Assembly (NCBI GenBank): GCA_964016885.1
Contig: OZ024742.1
Span: 268,584,001-268,648,000 of the forward strand
DNA length: 64,000 nt
Source: Eledone cirrhosa
Lineage: Eukaryota
Reading direction: 5' to 3'
The notes under the pieces were generated by a model. That model saw only the letters and a list, made by a program, of their open reading frames with translations. It was not told the origin of the DNA and ran no database searches. Of the stretch, positions 27,168 through 38,593 are shown in pieces. A program made the translations under genes and the position numbers. The number at the start of each line of letters is the position of its first letter. Position 1 is the first letter of the stretch.

Positions 27168-27556
27168 CTCTCTCTGTATATATCTATAGTTCTTTTTAGA
27201 CCCAAGACAGATGAACAGACCTTCTTCAACACTTAACTTTTAATATTTTGTTATTTTTCGATTATTTTTTAAAGGTAATCTCCTTATAATATATAACCAG
27301 CAATTTCTCTGTCTATCTGTCCGACAGTGGAAGCACGTGCGCGCGTGGTTGCTATCTCTCTCTCTCTCCAGCTATCCCTCTCTTTTAGTCTGTCTGTTTC
27401 TCTCACTCTCACTCTTTCTCTTTGTAACACACTAACATTCCTCCCCTATATCGCTGTGACGAATGGGGAGATGGAGGAGGAGGAGAGGGTCACTTCGTCA
27501 CTTCACCTCTACCTTTCTTTCTCTCCCCTCTCACTCCCTCATTACGTACAGACATT

Positions 27557-27748
27557 AGGGCGGTGGATTGGCAGAATCTGTAGAGAGTCGGACACCATGC
27601 TTCATAACATGGAGTTACGTCCCTTTACAGTCTGAGTTCAAATACCGCCGAGGTTAACTTTGCCTTTCATCCTCACGGGATCGATAAAATAAAGTACCAG
27701 TAATGTACTGGGTATTTGCTGGCCTTGTGCCAAAAGTAGAAACAATTA
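27557..27748 (+). mobile_element. tRNA-derived SINE
   Basis: Full-length copy of the family at 30902. Confidence 0.9.
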
Positions 27749-28019
27749 TTAGAAACATTGCTTCATGTTTACATATCTAAGCATTAGTAAAATAACTAAT
27801 AATTTCAAAAGTAATTTTTCAATTCCAATTGTTATGAACAGCAAAACATTAATAATAATTTTGTTCTAAGAAATATATATATACATTTCTGTGTGTGTGT
27901 AATATATATATATATACACACACAGAAATATATATATATACACACAGAAATATATATACATTTCTGTGTGTGTAATATATATATAGACTAGAACTGTTTC
28001 ATTCTTGAGAAATCACCAG

Positions 28020-28082
<63 letters not shown>

Positions 28083-28151
28083 TTAGTTTCAGAAGATCCT
28101 GTTAAGGGTGAAAGCAGTTATTCTTTGCTTAAACTTTAATCTTTTATTTTA

Positions 28152-28210
<59 letters not shown>

Positions 28211-28580
28211 CATATATAAATAAATGTACGTATGTAATATATTAATAATATATATATAATGTATGTGGAAAGTTATATTTAAATTGTTGGGTTAACAACG
28301 AGTAAATATTTATAACTGATATAAAAGCACTCAACACATATTTGGAGTATATTTATGATATTAAATATACTGTTTCTTTACATGAAGTTCTTCTCTTTAT
28401 CTATCTTTCTATCTCTCTCTATTTAGTTGCATGCATTTCTTCTTTTTCTTCATTTTTCTTTCTTTCTTTCTTTCTTTCTTTCTTTTTACAACTGTCCATA
28501 ATATTTTTACTGCCAAATCAACTTTTCAAATGCAAGTCGATGTTGAAAGGTATGTCGAATCTATTTATTTATAAGACTGT

Positions 28581-28661
28581 CTATATTGTATTTTGTCTGA
28601 AGAAGGCATAACATATTGTTAATATGATATCCCTGAAATATATATAATGAAATAAATATGG
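28581..28661 (+). ncRNA. Type I hammerhead ribozyme motif (family A)
   Basis: Stem I tattttgt/atgaaata plus ctatatt/aatatgg; core CTGAAGA 28597-28603; stem II agg/cct enclosing catatt/aatatg; GAAA 28635-28638; minimal stem III tatata; predicted cut after AUA at 28646. Confidence 0.75.
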
Positions 28662-28988
28662 TTTTATAAATATAGTTTCCATTTATTTAATATCATATAT
28701 AATGTATGTATATATAATATATAATATATATATATATATGTTAGTAAATACGAAGAAATATTTATACTATTCCACACACATATAATATATATGTTATGTC
28801 GTCGACCACTGATTCAAACAACCAGCGTTCTAGGCCAGCACGTGACAGCTGCGTTCCCAGCCATGGCACGCGCGACCTTGGAGTAGTTACCATGGATATC
28901 TAGCCAGACACAGCCGAGCTCTTTGAATTTACAGACGACAACTTTAAGACTGGCTTTTGGTGTTTTAACCAACTCATTGGGGCTGAGC

Positions 28989-28989
<1 letters not shown>

Positions 28990-29052
<63 letters not shown>

Positions 29053-29281
29053 ATGTGTGTGTATGCGTGTGTGTTATGTGTGTGTATGCGTGTGTGTGTG
29101 TGTATTATATGTGTGTGTTATATATGTGTGTGTATATGTGTGTGTATGTGTGTGCGTGTGTGTGTTATATGTGTGTATGTGTGTGCGTGTGTGTGTGTGT
29201 GTTATATGGGTGTGTGTTATATGTGTGTGTGTGTATATAATATATATATATATATATATAATATATATATAATAAAAATAT

Positions 29282-29313
<32 letters not shown>

Positions 29314-29530
29314 ATTATATATGTATATTATGTGTGTCTCTCTATATATATACATATATATAGGTTTAAGTGTGTATCTGCGTGTGTATGTGTATGTTAG
29401 CGTGTGTGCATATGTGCGTATGTATGAGTGTGTGTATGGTATGTGTGTGTTAGCGTATGTGCATGTATGCGTGTGTGTCTGTCTGTGCGTGTGTCTGTGT
29501 GTATCTGCGTAAGTGTTTGTGTGTGTGTGT
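28990..29530. repeat. Degenerate (TA)n/(TG)n microsatellite field
   Basis: Directly visible; the ORFs here are artefacts. Confidence 0.95.
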
Positions 29531-29774
29531 ACAGGAATTCATAAGTTTCCTAAAATATGTCTCTATGCTTAATTTTTCTTAAAAATTATAAACTGGTTCT
29601 TCCTGTCAGAGATAATAATCTGATTTGAGAATAATGCATCTCAAAATATGAACATGGGTGTATATATATATATGTATGTGTGTGTGTGTCTGTATTTGTG
29701 TTTGTGTGTTTGTGTGTGTGTTAAATATATATATCGACTAGCAGAAAACCACCAACCGGGTGGTTTTCTGCTAG

Positions 29775-30681
29775 TCTATATATATAAAACTGAGGATGTC
29801 TGTCTGTGTATGTGTGAGTTTGAACCCTAAAACTCGAGAACCACCCAATCGACTGTTTTCAAACTTTACACATGAAATACCTATGCTTCAGGGAGTGTTC
29901 TGAGCAAAGAAAATTCAAATTTTCCATGCCCTAGGGACCACATTAGACGATTTAGCGATCTCTCTCTATAATTCTTAGTCTTTCTCTTTTTAGATAGATA
30001 CATACATATAACGTCGCGCCCTTATAATATCTGTCTGTATGTCTGGCTGTCTGCATTACATCACTTCCCTGAGGATGTCTGTCTATGTGTGTGTGTCTGT
30101 GAGTTTGAATCCCTAAAACTCGAGAAGTACCCAACGGAATTTTTCAAACTTTACATGTATTATTTATATTTCAGGGAGTGTTATGCACATAACGAATTCA
30201 ACTTTTGATCTCCTAGGGCCCGCATTAGGTGGAAAACTGTGTTTTTTTCATGTCTTTAGGGTTTTCTGAGGCGTTACGTCAGATCGATTTCCTTGAAATT
30301 GTAACTATGTATTAGTCAGTCTCTTCTTCATACCGTGAGCAACGAAAATCCAACTTATTTATGGCCTAGCACCCGCATTTGGTTAAAAAAACTTCATTTT
30401 TTCAGCTGTTTAGGGCTTTTTTAGGCGTTACGTTTAGCCGATTTTCCCGACATTTCAAGGCATATTATGCACATACAAAAAATTCATTTTCCTGATCCCC
30501 ATTAGGTGAAAACCTGCATTTTTCCTGCTTAATCGAGGAAAATCTTAATGATTATCCATCCCTCAGAGTATTCGGTTTATTTTATTTACATATTGTCCAG
30601 GCATGCAGTTTTTCCACGATTAGGTCTGTTGGCGGCCCGCCTTCCAAAATGCCTTGTCTCGTGCAACGCTACCACTGCTAG
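29775..30681 (+). mobile_element. Non-autonomous Helitron
   Basis: 5' TCTATATATATAAAACTG as in 4106-5022, (CTGT)n, 3' ctgCTAG followed by T; ~29790-29950 is duplicated at ~30070-30230. Confidence 0.75.
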
Positions 30682-30901
30682 TATTTAATATTTGATAAGA
30701 TAGATTACATCGAAACCAGTAATATTTTATACATTTTATATACTTCATAAAACTACTTTAAAAAAAATGTGTTCGATGCTTCTATAATGTCACTTTGACG
30801 GAAAATAGAAGAAAAAAACAAAAATAGATTCTTTGAATATATATGCGGGCTGTTACCATTTATAAATACATATATATTGACATTATACATTTAAATGATA
30901 A

Positions 30902-31090
30902 GGGGCGGTGAATTGGCAGTATCGGTAGAGAGTCGGACGACATGCTTTGCAGCATAGTTACGTGCCTTTACGATCTGAGTTCAAATCCCGCCGAGGTTAA
31001 CTTTGCCTTTCATCCTTACGGGGTCGATAAAATAAAGTACCAGTAATGTACTGGGTAATTGCTGGCCTTGTGCCAAAAGTAGAAACAATT
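30902..31090 (+). mobile_element. Full-length tRNA-derived SINE (Nin/Deu-like core) with TSD
   Basis: A-box tggcagtatcgg, B-box gttcaaatcc, core gcctttcatccttacggggtcgataaaataaagtaccag; 15-bp TSD attatacatttaaat at 30882-30896 and 31088-31102. Confidence 0.9.
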
Positions 31091-32154
31091 ATACATTTAA
31101 ATAATCTAAACACTATTGCAATTCGTATAGTGCAACACTGTCTTGTAATGCAACTTGTATCAAGCAAATGTATAAATAGGTAAACACACGCACACATATA
31201 TTACATTAATATTATATATATATTAGTGAGTTGTGTATTTTCTACATTTGTATTTCTAGTGTGTTGGACGTCTGTGTATTTACGGATTTTCTGAATATTG
31301 AAATATTTATATTGTTATACTTGGTGAGGTTTATGCTGTTATAATATTGCCAGAAATAATAATAGAACACACTCACTGTTTGGTTTGGGTTGGTTTTCGC
31401 TTTTGTATCTTTTATATCACCATAGTTAATATATCTGGCAATTAATGTTTATCATTCATTGACCAACGGTTAAACATACATATATGAATATATATATATA
31501 TTCTATCAAAGATAACATACGAAAACAAAAACGCATACACTCAAACACGAACACACACACCAAACATTAAACACACACAGAAACGCATGCGCAAACAGAC
31601 ACTGGGACTAGAAGAAATAAATAAACTAATTAAATGAAAATGGCGTAGGCATTACAGTACAACGGGGGAAACATCATAGTACCACTGATGATGTCGCAGA
31701 TGCGTGACAAAGGGACTTTGATAGACTATATATGTATTTTTATAACTGTTTTTTTTAACCGTTGGTCAATCAATGATAAACATTGATAGCCAGAAAAATT
31801 CAGTATGGGGATATAAAAGATAGTGAAGCGAAAAGGAACCCAAACCGAAAAGTGAGTGTATTCTGTTATTATTTCTGGCAATATTATAAGAATATGACCC
31901 TCACCAAATATAAACACATTTGTTCAGACACACGATTTCATATAAAAAAAACATGCAAAACACAAAATTATTTATAAATATATTATAAATGCATTTATAT
32001 ACATTGTTATCCATGTTTTTCCTATTTGTTCATATAGTTACCTCTATTTTACTTTTATATCTTCAAATCTATTACCTAAATTTCCAATGATACAACGACT
32101 TTCTAACCTATTTCCTTTTACCTGTTTAACATTTTACCTGTTTAACTTTAATAG

Positions 32155-32411
32155 GAAATCTACGTCTTTATATCAATGTATGCAGCTACAATGTAATTCC
32201 AGATAATGTTTATTTATTTAGTGTAATCAATTATTTTGTTATGACTAGAGAAAATTCCAATATATTTCAGAGTTGTCTATTAAATGCTGCTTTTAAATAT
32301 TATGCAAAAAGACAATTAATTTTGTTGAAGAACTTACCAAATGTGGCTCCTGCTAGTAATATTAATTATGTCTTTATTTGCAATATTTTTGCTTTCGAGA
32401 AAGGAAGATAA
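32155..32411 (+). pseudogene. Candidate exon: ~85-codon open frame in very AT-rich DNA
   Basis: After aactttaatag: NLRLYINVCSYNVIPDNVYLFSVINYFVMTRENSNIFQSCLLNAAFKYYAKRQLILLKNLPNVAPASNINYVFICNIFAFEKGR*; the frame stays open after this single TAA (NIFQAYFPIDIK...). Donor not determined. Confidence 0.4.
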
Positions 32412-32544
32412 AATATCTTTCAAGCATACTTCCCTATTGATATCAAAATTAATTTTAAAATATTCCAATTCATTGAAAGTTATATCATTGATATTGTTAG
32501 TATAAAAAACCGTATTTTTAACGTTCCCTCATATTTAACGTGTC

Positions 32545-34497
32545 TTTTCTCAGGATCGGAAGTACAAATGTACGTGGTATTGGTTTGTGTTGGAAGTAGG
32601 GCTAGCTGTTCAGCGATCTAAAGCCATTGTACATAGATATGGTTGACATCAATGAGACCAGAATATACGAGGCACTAGATCAGACCTATTTTCGGTAGCT
32701 ATGAGGTGTATTCATCTCCAAGCCACCTTGGATATGGGCGTGGAGATGCTGTGCTGTGTCGCAATGGCTTGGATATCAACATGTAGGTCACCCTCCTGAA
32801 CCCAGGTGGTAAGTTGGTGGTGCTAGACATAACCAGCAGCGAAGAACAAGGTATCTTCACGTGGCTGGAGACCTTTCTTGGAATATATAGCTCTTAGAGT
32901 TTGTGGACGATTGGAACGATGTCTTAGATGCACTCTATTTTGTATGGGACTAACATATATCGGAGGAAGGTATAACAGCCTCGCACACTGGCTTAGGAGG
33001 CGCTAACAGCTATCTAACAGGTACCGACTGGATTTCCTCGATCTGCCAATGTGGACATAGTCAAAACACATCGGGTCATCCAGATGGTATCTAGATGGGG
33101 TATTCCGTAGCGAAATGGATGTCTAGGGTAGATTTCCACAATTCTAAGTCGTCGACTACACATACCCTAAATTTGTGATCTGTACAGTCGACTTGGATAA
33201 GCTTTACAGAGAGGGGTCTGGTTACTGGAAGCAGAACATGTAAAGATTACAGGGACCGGATTAGCGTATTTGATAAGCAGACTTTGAAGGAGCAAGGAGG
33301 CAATCGTCAACAAAAGATGATGGTTCGCCCTACAAATGGCAAGTAGAATAGAATCGATAAGGTTTGGTAAAGACGTAGTAATAAAGAAAATTATACTAGA
33401 GGGGAAACTAGTAAGACACATAGAAGAGGCCACTAGAGAAGGCGTCGCAGGCGACCGCTTGCAGGGAGATAGGCACTCAAAATTCCTCAATGCGAAGCAT
33501 GAAGGCTGCTTTGTCGGAACCGAGGCGCTATACACGAGGGGATGAATGCCGTTCGTTGGGTCTGATTGATGAAAACGCAGCGTGGCAGCAAATCTACAAT
33601 TCATTCTTTGCCGTATGTCGATGAACGCAAGGTACTCGATACCAAGCAAATATCTGCGGTTTTGTCAGCGAAACTTCGCGCAAATGTTCGGGAGAAATGA
33701 TATGTCGGATCCAGGGTAAATTTCAATTTCTATTTCAATTGCCTACCACGCCTCTCAGCAAGGGAGCCGGAGTGTTGTGAAAAACCGATAACATCCAATG
33801 AAATAAATGCGCGACGATTGACTGGAAGAGGAAAATCGTGATAATTGGAAGGTATTTCCTACGAGCTTTCGGCAAACATGACAAATTTGTTCACTGACAT
33901 ATTACTGGATGTTTACTCCAACTAGCAGCAGAACGAGAGATTACGCAGTTCAGTGAGCCGCAGGGCGTAGGCACTGATGAGAATTGACTATAACTAAGGG
34001 GACTATATAGATAAGTTCAGACCCATAACTCTGCTAAACGCAGAGTTTAAAATTTTGACCAAGGAGATGATGATGAGGTTGGTGTTTTTCATTGGTGAAA
34101 CGCAAACATATGCCAGTCCGAGGAGATCCTTTCATGACAAGCTCCACCTGATTTAATTATCATAACAAGAGTGGCTAAAGAGCCTGACAAGGGTCCGGCG
34201 CTGATCAACTTATATCAGTCGAAATCTTTCGATGAGATCGACCATCGGTACATAGCTGCAGTCCTCAATGCAGCGAATTTCGGGCATATATTCAGAGGAT
34301 GGATTACTGCAACGCAAAGGGACATCTGTTTAGTGGTTAGAGTGAAAAGCTACATATCGGAACCGTTCAACCTCATGGGCTTCGTTCGCAATGTTGTCGC
34401 CTCTCATCTCTGATGTATGTAGTGACGTACTTGCCACTACTACGCAAATTGGAAACGTCCAGATGCATCACACGCGAGCTAGGTTGAGGAACATCTG
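32545..34497 (+). mobile_element. Decayed Tx1-like LINE ORF2 (EN-RT)
   Basis: LRIGSTNVRG start, FLNAKHEGC, FRPITLLNAEFKIL, DHRYIAAVL, colinear with 38594-40630. Confidence 0.85.
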
Positions 34498-34499
34498 TT

Positions 34500-37190
34500 T
34501 TTAGTAGCAAGGCTCTTTTCTCCAACAATCCCGTCCTGATGGTAATGCCTAGCTTCTCAAAGCAAGCATCTAACACTTTATTAACTGCTCTAAGTGCGCT
34601 TCCGACACTCGGTATGACTTATATATGTCTGATTCGCCATAGTTTCCAGATTTTACTCTTCAAATACTGGTATTTCTCAACTTTCTCATTTTCCTTCACA
34701 TTCATCCAGTGAACATACGGTGAAGCAATACCCACAATACTTGTCTTGTTAGTCTTTTCTACGACAAGAATGACAGGAATTCCAGCCAGGATACAATGAC
34801 TGCACTGAATAGTCATGTCACACAATAACTTTTACTGTTTGGTTCCAGCAACCCTTTCCAGTTGGATCTCATACCATTTCTCGCGTTTGCTAATATACTT
34901 ATCACAGAACTCCCAATGAACAAATCGAGTGATGTCGTCTTCTCGTGTACTCTTTCTGGGCAAGCATCTTACATTCACTAATAATGTGTTTTATTGTTTC
35001 CCTTTTTTCATCGCAGTCTACAAAGTGGGGAATTGATTAACTTGTCAATAGAACTTGATATATATCGTTCTCAGTGCCTATTCCCGGGCTGCGAAAATAA
35101 GGGCATCAATTTCAACTTTTAAGTCGCTTTTCCTCGTTACTTCCACTTCCCCTGTTTGTCAACTGTCACAGGCATTTCATGCAAGAATTGACCAACATTT
35201 CCTCTTCCATGTATTTAAAGTGTGATTCTGTCTGCCTAGTTTAAATTCTCCCTTTCCTTTGATTCAACAGTGCTTAAGTATTTATCTTTTTTACTTCTCT
35301 CATCAATCTCTCCTTTAGATTCTTTACATACCATGTCAGAATATTTTACTCCAACATCACACATATTTCACAGCTAATAAGACTTCTTCATTCTTTTTGT
35401 CGTAATAGATTCAGGCTATACACGACACTTCTGGCTTGTTGAGCCCCTTGTAGTGTCATCATATCCCTGATCATTCTGTCAATCGCCTTAAGTTCATCAC
35501 AGCACCACTCTATCACACCAGCACTATACCTTACAGCTGCAACACCCGATGTGTTGATACCCAGTATCTCATTCCTACCATTTAACATTGTCTTTAACTC
35601 CAACTTCAGTCGCTGTTTATATTCCTTTGATATTCCATCTCGAAATTAATGAAAATGGAACCATAAACAATACTCACAGCGAATACGAAAGTCTGTCTCC
35701 CTGAAATATTCCTCTCTTGATCTACTTTACAACTATGTTCCACCATGTCATAAGCCTTGCGATAATCAATGCAGGCTATTGCAAGATTTGAGTGTTACCT
35801 TCTACAATGTCTAACGATCACCTCATCAATCAACAATTGATAATTAGTCAAACTGTTTCTTCTTTTACATCCCTTCTGCTTTGCAGGTAGTGTATCCTCC
35901 AGATATTCATACATTGCCTAAAAAATGACACCCGTCATAATTTTCCACATAAGCAGGAGGCAAGATATATGTCTAAAGTTGTGAACTGTATTCCTTATGT
36001 TGGAGTCCTTCAAACACAAGATTATTCTCCCAAAGTTTAGCCATTCTGGCAAACTCTCATCTCAATTCAAAGTATTCAGTTGCTGAGCGAATCTCCTCTG
36101 AAGGCTCCTCAGCTTTTCCACCTTGCACACCGCCTCTGCCGGGAGCTTTCCAATTTGGTTTCTCTACACTGGATAGTTGCCATATCAGTTGTATCCCAAT
36201 ATTATTTTTTATGATAGTAAGTCACTCCTCACTTCTATTGATCTGTTTTCCTACACTTCAGATACTTCTTACTTACTTCCGCATCAGAGATTACATCATA
36301 ATTCTTAACCATGCCATTTAACCCTTGTGTTTGTTGGAAATATACATTAGGTTTATACTGGGTGATCCGTTGTTAATAATTCTTAATCTTTGCAACTTTA
36401 GCAAGTACCTTTTGTTTCAGTTCTTCAGTTACCCTAGGGGACTTCTTTGCCCTGATATTGTACTTCCATGTAATTTCTCGAATCTTTCCTCTTTTTTCCC
36501 TAAATCACCTCGTTTTTCCCTTTGCAGAATATTGATATATTTCATAAGCATTTTGATGTCCCCTTCAATTCTCCTTTTCCAACATTGTTCCTTGATCTGC
36601 TTTTGTGTAGCCTGTCACAGGCAGAACTCTTTAGCAATGTAGATACTTATAGCGCTGATTAAATTTTTGGTTTCTGTGATTGTTCTAGTTGACACCGACT
36701 CTGGGTTATGCTCATACCACTTCTCAGAATGTGGTAAATCGTTTAGTTTACATAGATGCCAGTGGATCACCATGTCTATCACATCATGTCTCCAGACTTT
36801 ATAGTCAGTCTGGGCTAGGTATTTCCACTAGGCTACAATCTGAGCCACAGTGTCCTCTCTCTCTCCTCAGATCCTATACAATATGGTTTTTCACCGACTT
36901 CGTTGTGAGGGCCTGGTCTTGCGCAGCCATTAGCATTCCTTCTGTAGCCCTTTTTAAGGTCTCCTCTTTTCAACCAGTTCCATGTCTGTGGATCTCTAAA
37001 TTCCGTTTTCTTAAAGAAGGTGATATGGAGGGATTTTTCATGAAGGTTTCTCCTCCTCCTTGTTGTTATTTCCTCATTGGACCTCCCCTGGTCTATTGTC
37101 TTCTCCTTCAGTACAATTTTGAGCATTGGCTACCTACTGTCAGACACATATTTGTGCAGATTGTTTTTCTCCATCTAAACTCAGTCCTCT
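34500..37190 (-). mobile_element. Decayed RLE-type (R4/Dong-like) LINE(s)
   Basis: ORFs 34619 (EKVEKYQYLK), 35388 (LNGRNEILGINTSGVAAVRYSAG), 36833 (SLHITFFKKTE..TWNWLKRGDLKK); probably two joined copies with a junction near 36690. Confidence 0.85.
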
Positions 37191-37197
37191 ATTCGGA

Positions 37198-38559
37198 TAA
37201 GCTTTGGGACATGTGTGGGCAAGAAAAACCCACATCAGACGTGGGCAGAAGTATGGAACCGTGGACGTGTTCTTTGAAACACCAGAGGAGGCTAGAGAAC
37301 ACTCCATGGCCCCATTAAAAGTGACGACTTCACACTCGTCCCAAGCTATTGTGGCCAGAGACTCGTAAATATCAGGGTGACCCACGTTCCACCGGCCATC
37401 GAAATTCCCTGGCTAATAGCGGCCGTCCTCGGCGGCATCGAAGCCAACACAAAAATAAAAGCAATAGCAAAAGAAAAGCAGGAGAACCGGTCCGGATCTG
37501 GGATGCAGCTCCTGATCCAAGCGGACCAAAAAAGCATTGAGGAGATCCCAGAGGTAATAGACCTCACTGACGGCAGCCACCTCACGGTAATTGTCGAGGG
37601 AAGAAGACCTAGGTGTGTCGTTTGTGGTGAAGGAACCCACCTAAGGGCTTTCTGCCCTCAGTCTAAAAGGTTGAGGCCACCTCTCCTACCCACCCCAGTG
37701 ACACAACCATCAACACCACCACTAGCAGAGATGGCAGCAACAACTGTAGCAGCAACAACAGAAGCAACTATAACAGCAACAACCCCAGTAACAGTAGCAA
37801 AACCAACACCACCACCACCACCACCAGCAAAACCAACACCACCACCACCCAACACTTCAGAACTAGCACCAGCGCCTACACCATCCACCACGCCACAAGC
37901 AAAACTAACGCCTGTGGAGGATTTTCCACTCCCCGGCCTATCACAACTGGAGACAGATTGTGACGACGAGGAGTGGGAAACAATATCCGGAAAAAAGAAA
38001 AGAAACCAAAAAAGAAAAAAAATTCTCTTCCTTCCCCCTCCAAAAACAAAATACAGAGGGAAACAAATAAATTAACAAACAAAAAAGTTAGGACAGATAT
38101 GCCACCATCCACACCAGCATCACCAACCCCATCAACCCAAACACCAACACCATCACCATCATTAACCCCAACACCACCATCACCTACACCACAAAAGTCA
38201 CCAAAATGCGAAACAGAAACAAACCCACAACATACGCAAACAAAACAAAACAACCAAAACGATACACACTACACAGCATTAAATTTGAACAACAAACAAT
38301 TATTGCACTACATCCAACACAACACCAGCATCACAGAAAAAGACTACACAACAACCCAAAAATTCACATAACCTCCACACATACAAATCACTCGCATCAC
38401 ACAGAAAACGTACATGACATTAAAAAAAAATTCCCCAAAGACATCAGAGACTTCCGACAAGCACTCTCCAGGAGGATTTATAAGGACATGCTTCCTAAGG
38501 AGGCCACAAGCATTGAAAAGGATGGAAAAACCGTCCTTCCCCTACGAGAAGTAAGGTAA
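37198..38559 (+). pseudogene. Tx1 ORF1 (gag-like zinc knuckle, Pro/Thr-rich), frameshifted
   Basis: ORF 37377..38075 contains CVVCGEGTHLRAFC (CX2CX4HX4C); continues in ORFs 37973 and 38206. Confidence 0.85.
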
Positions 38560-38593
38560 GTGGTCTTTCCCATCTTTTCCACTCCTTTTCAAC

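Noticed and set aside
27985-28125. Two hammerhead-like relics flanking (TA)n (CTGGTGA on -, CAGAAGA on +)
   Set aside because: Both cores are mutated and stem I is absent.
30902-30995. tRNA gene
   Set aside because: The A and B boxes belong to a multi-copy SINE head; no full cloverleaf.
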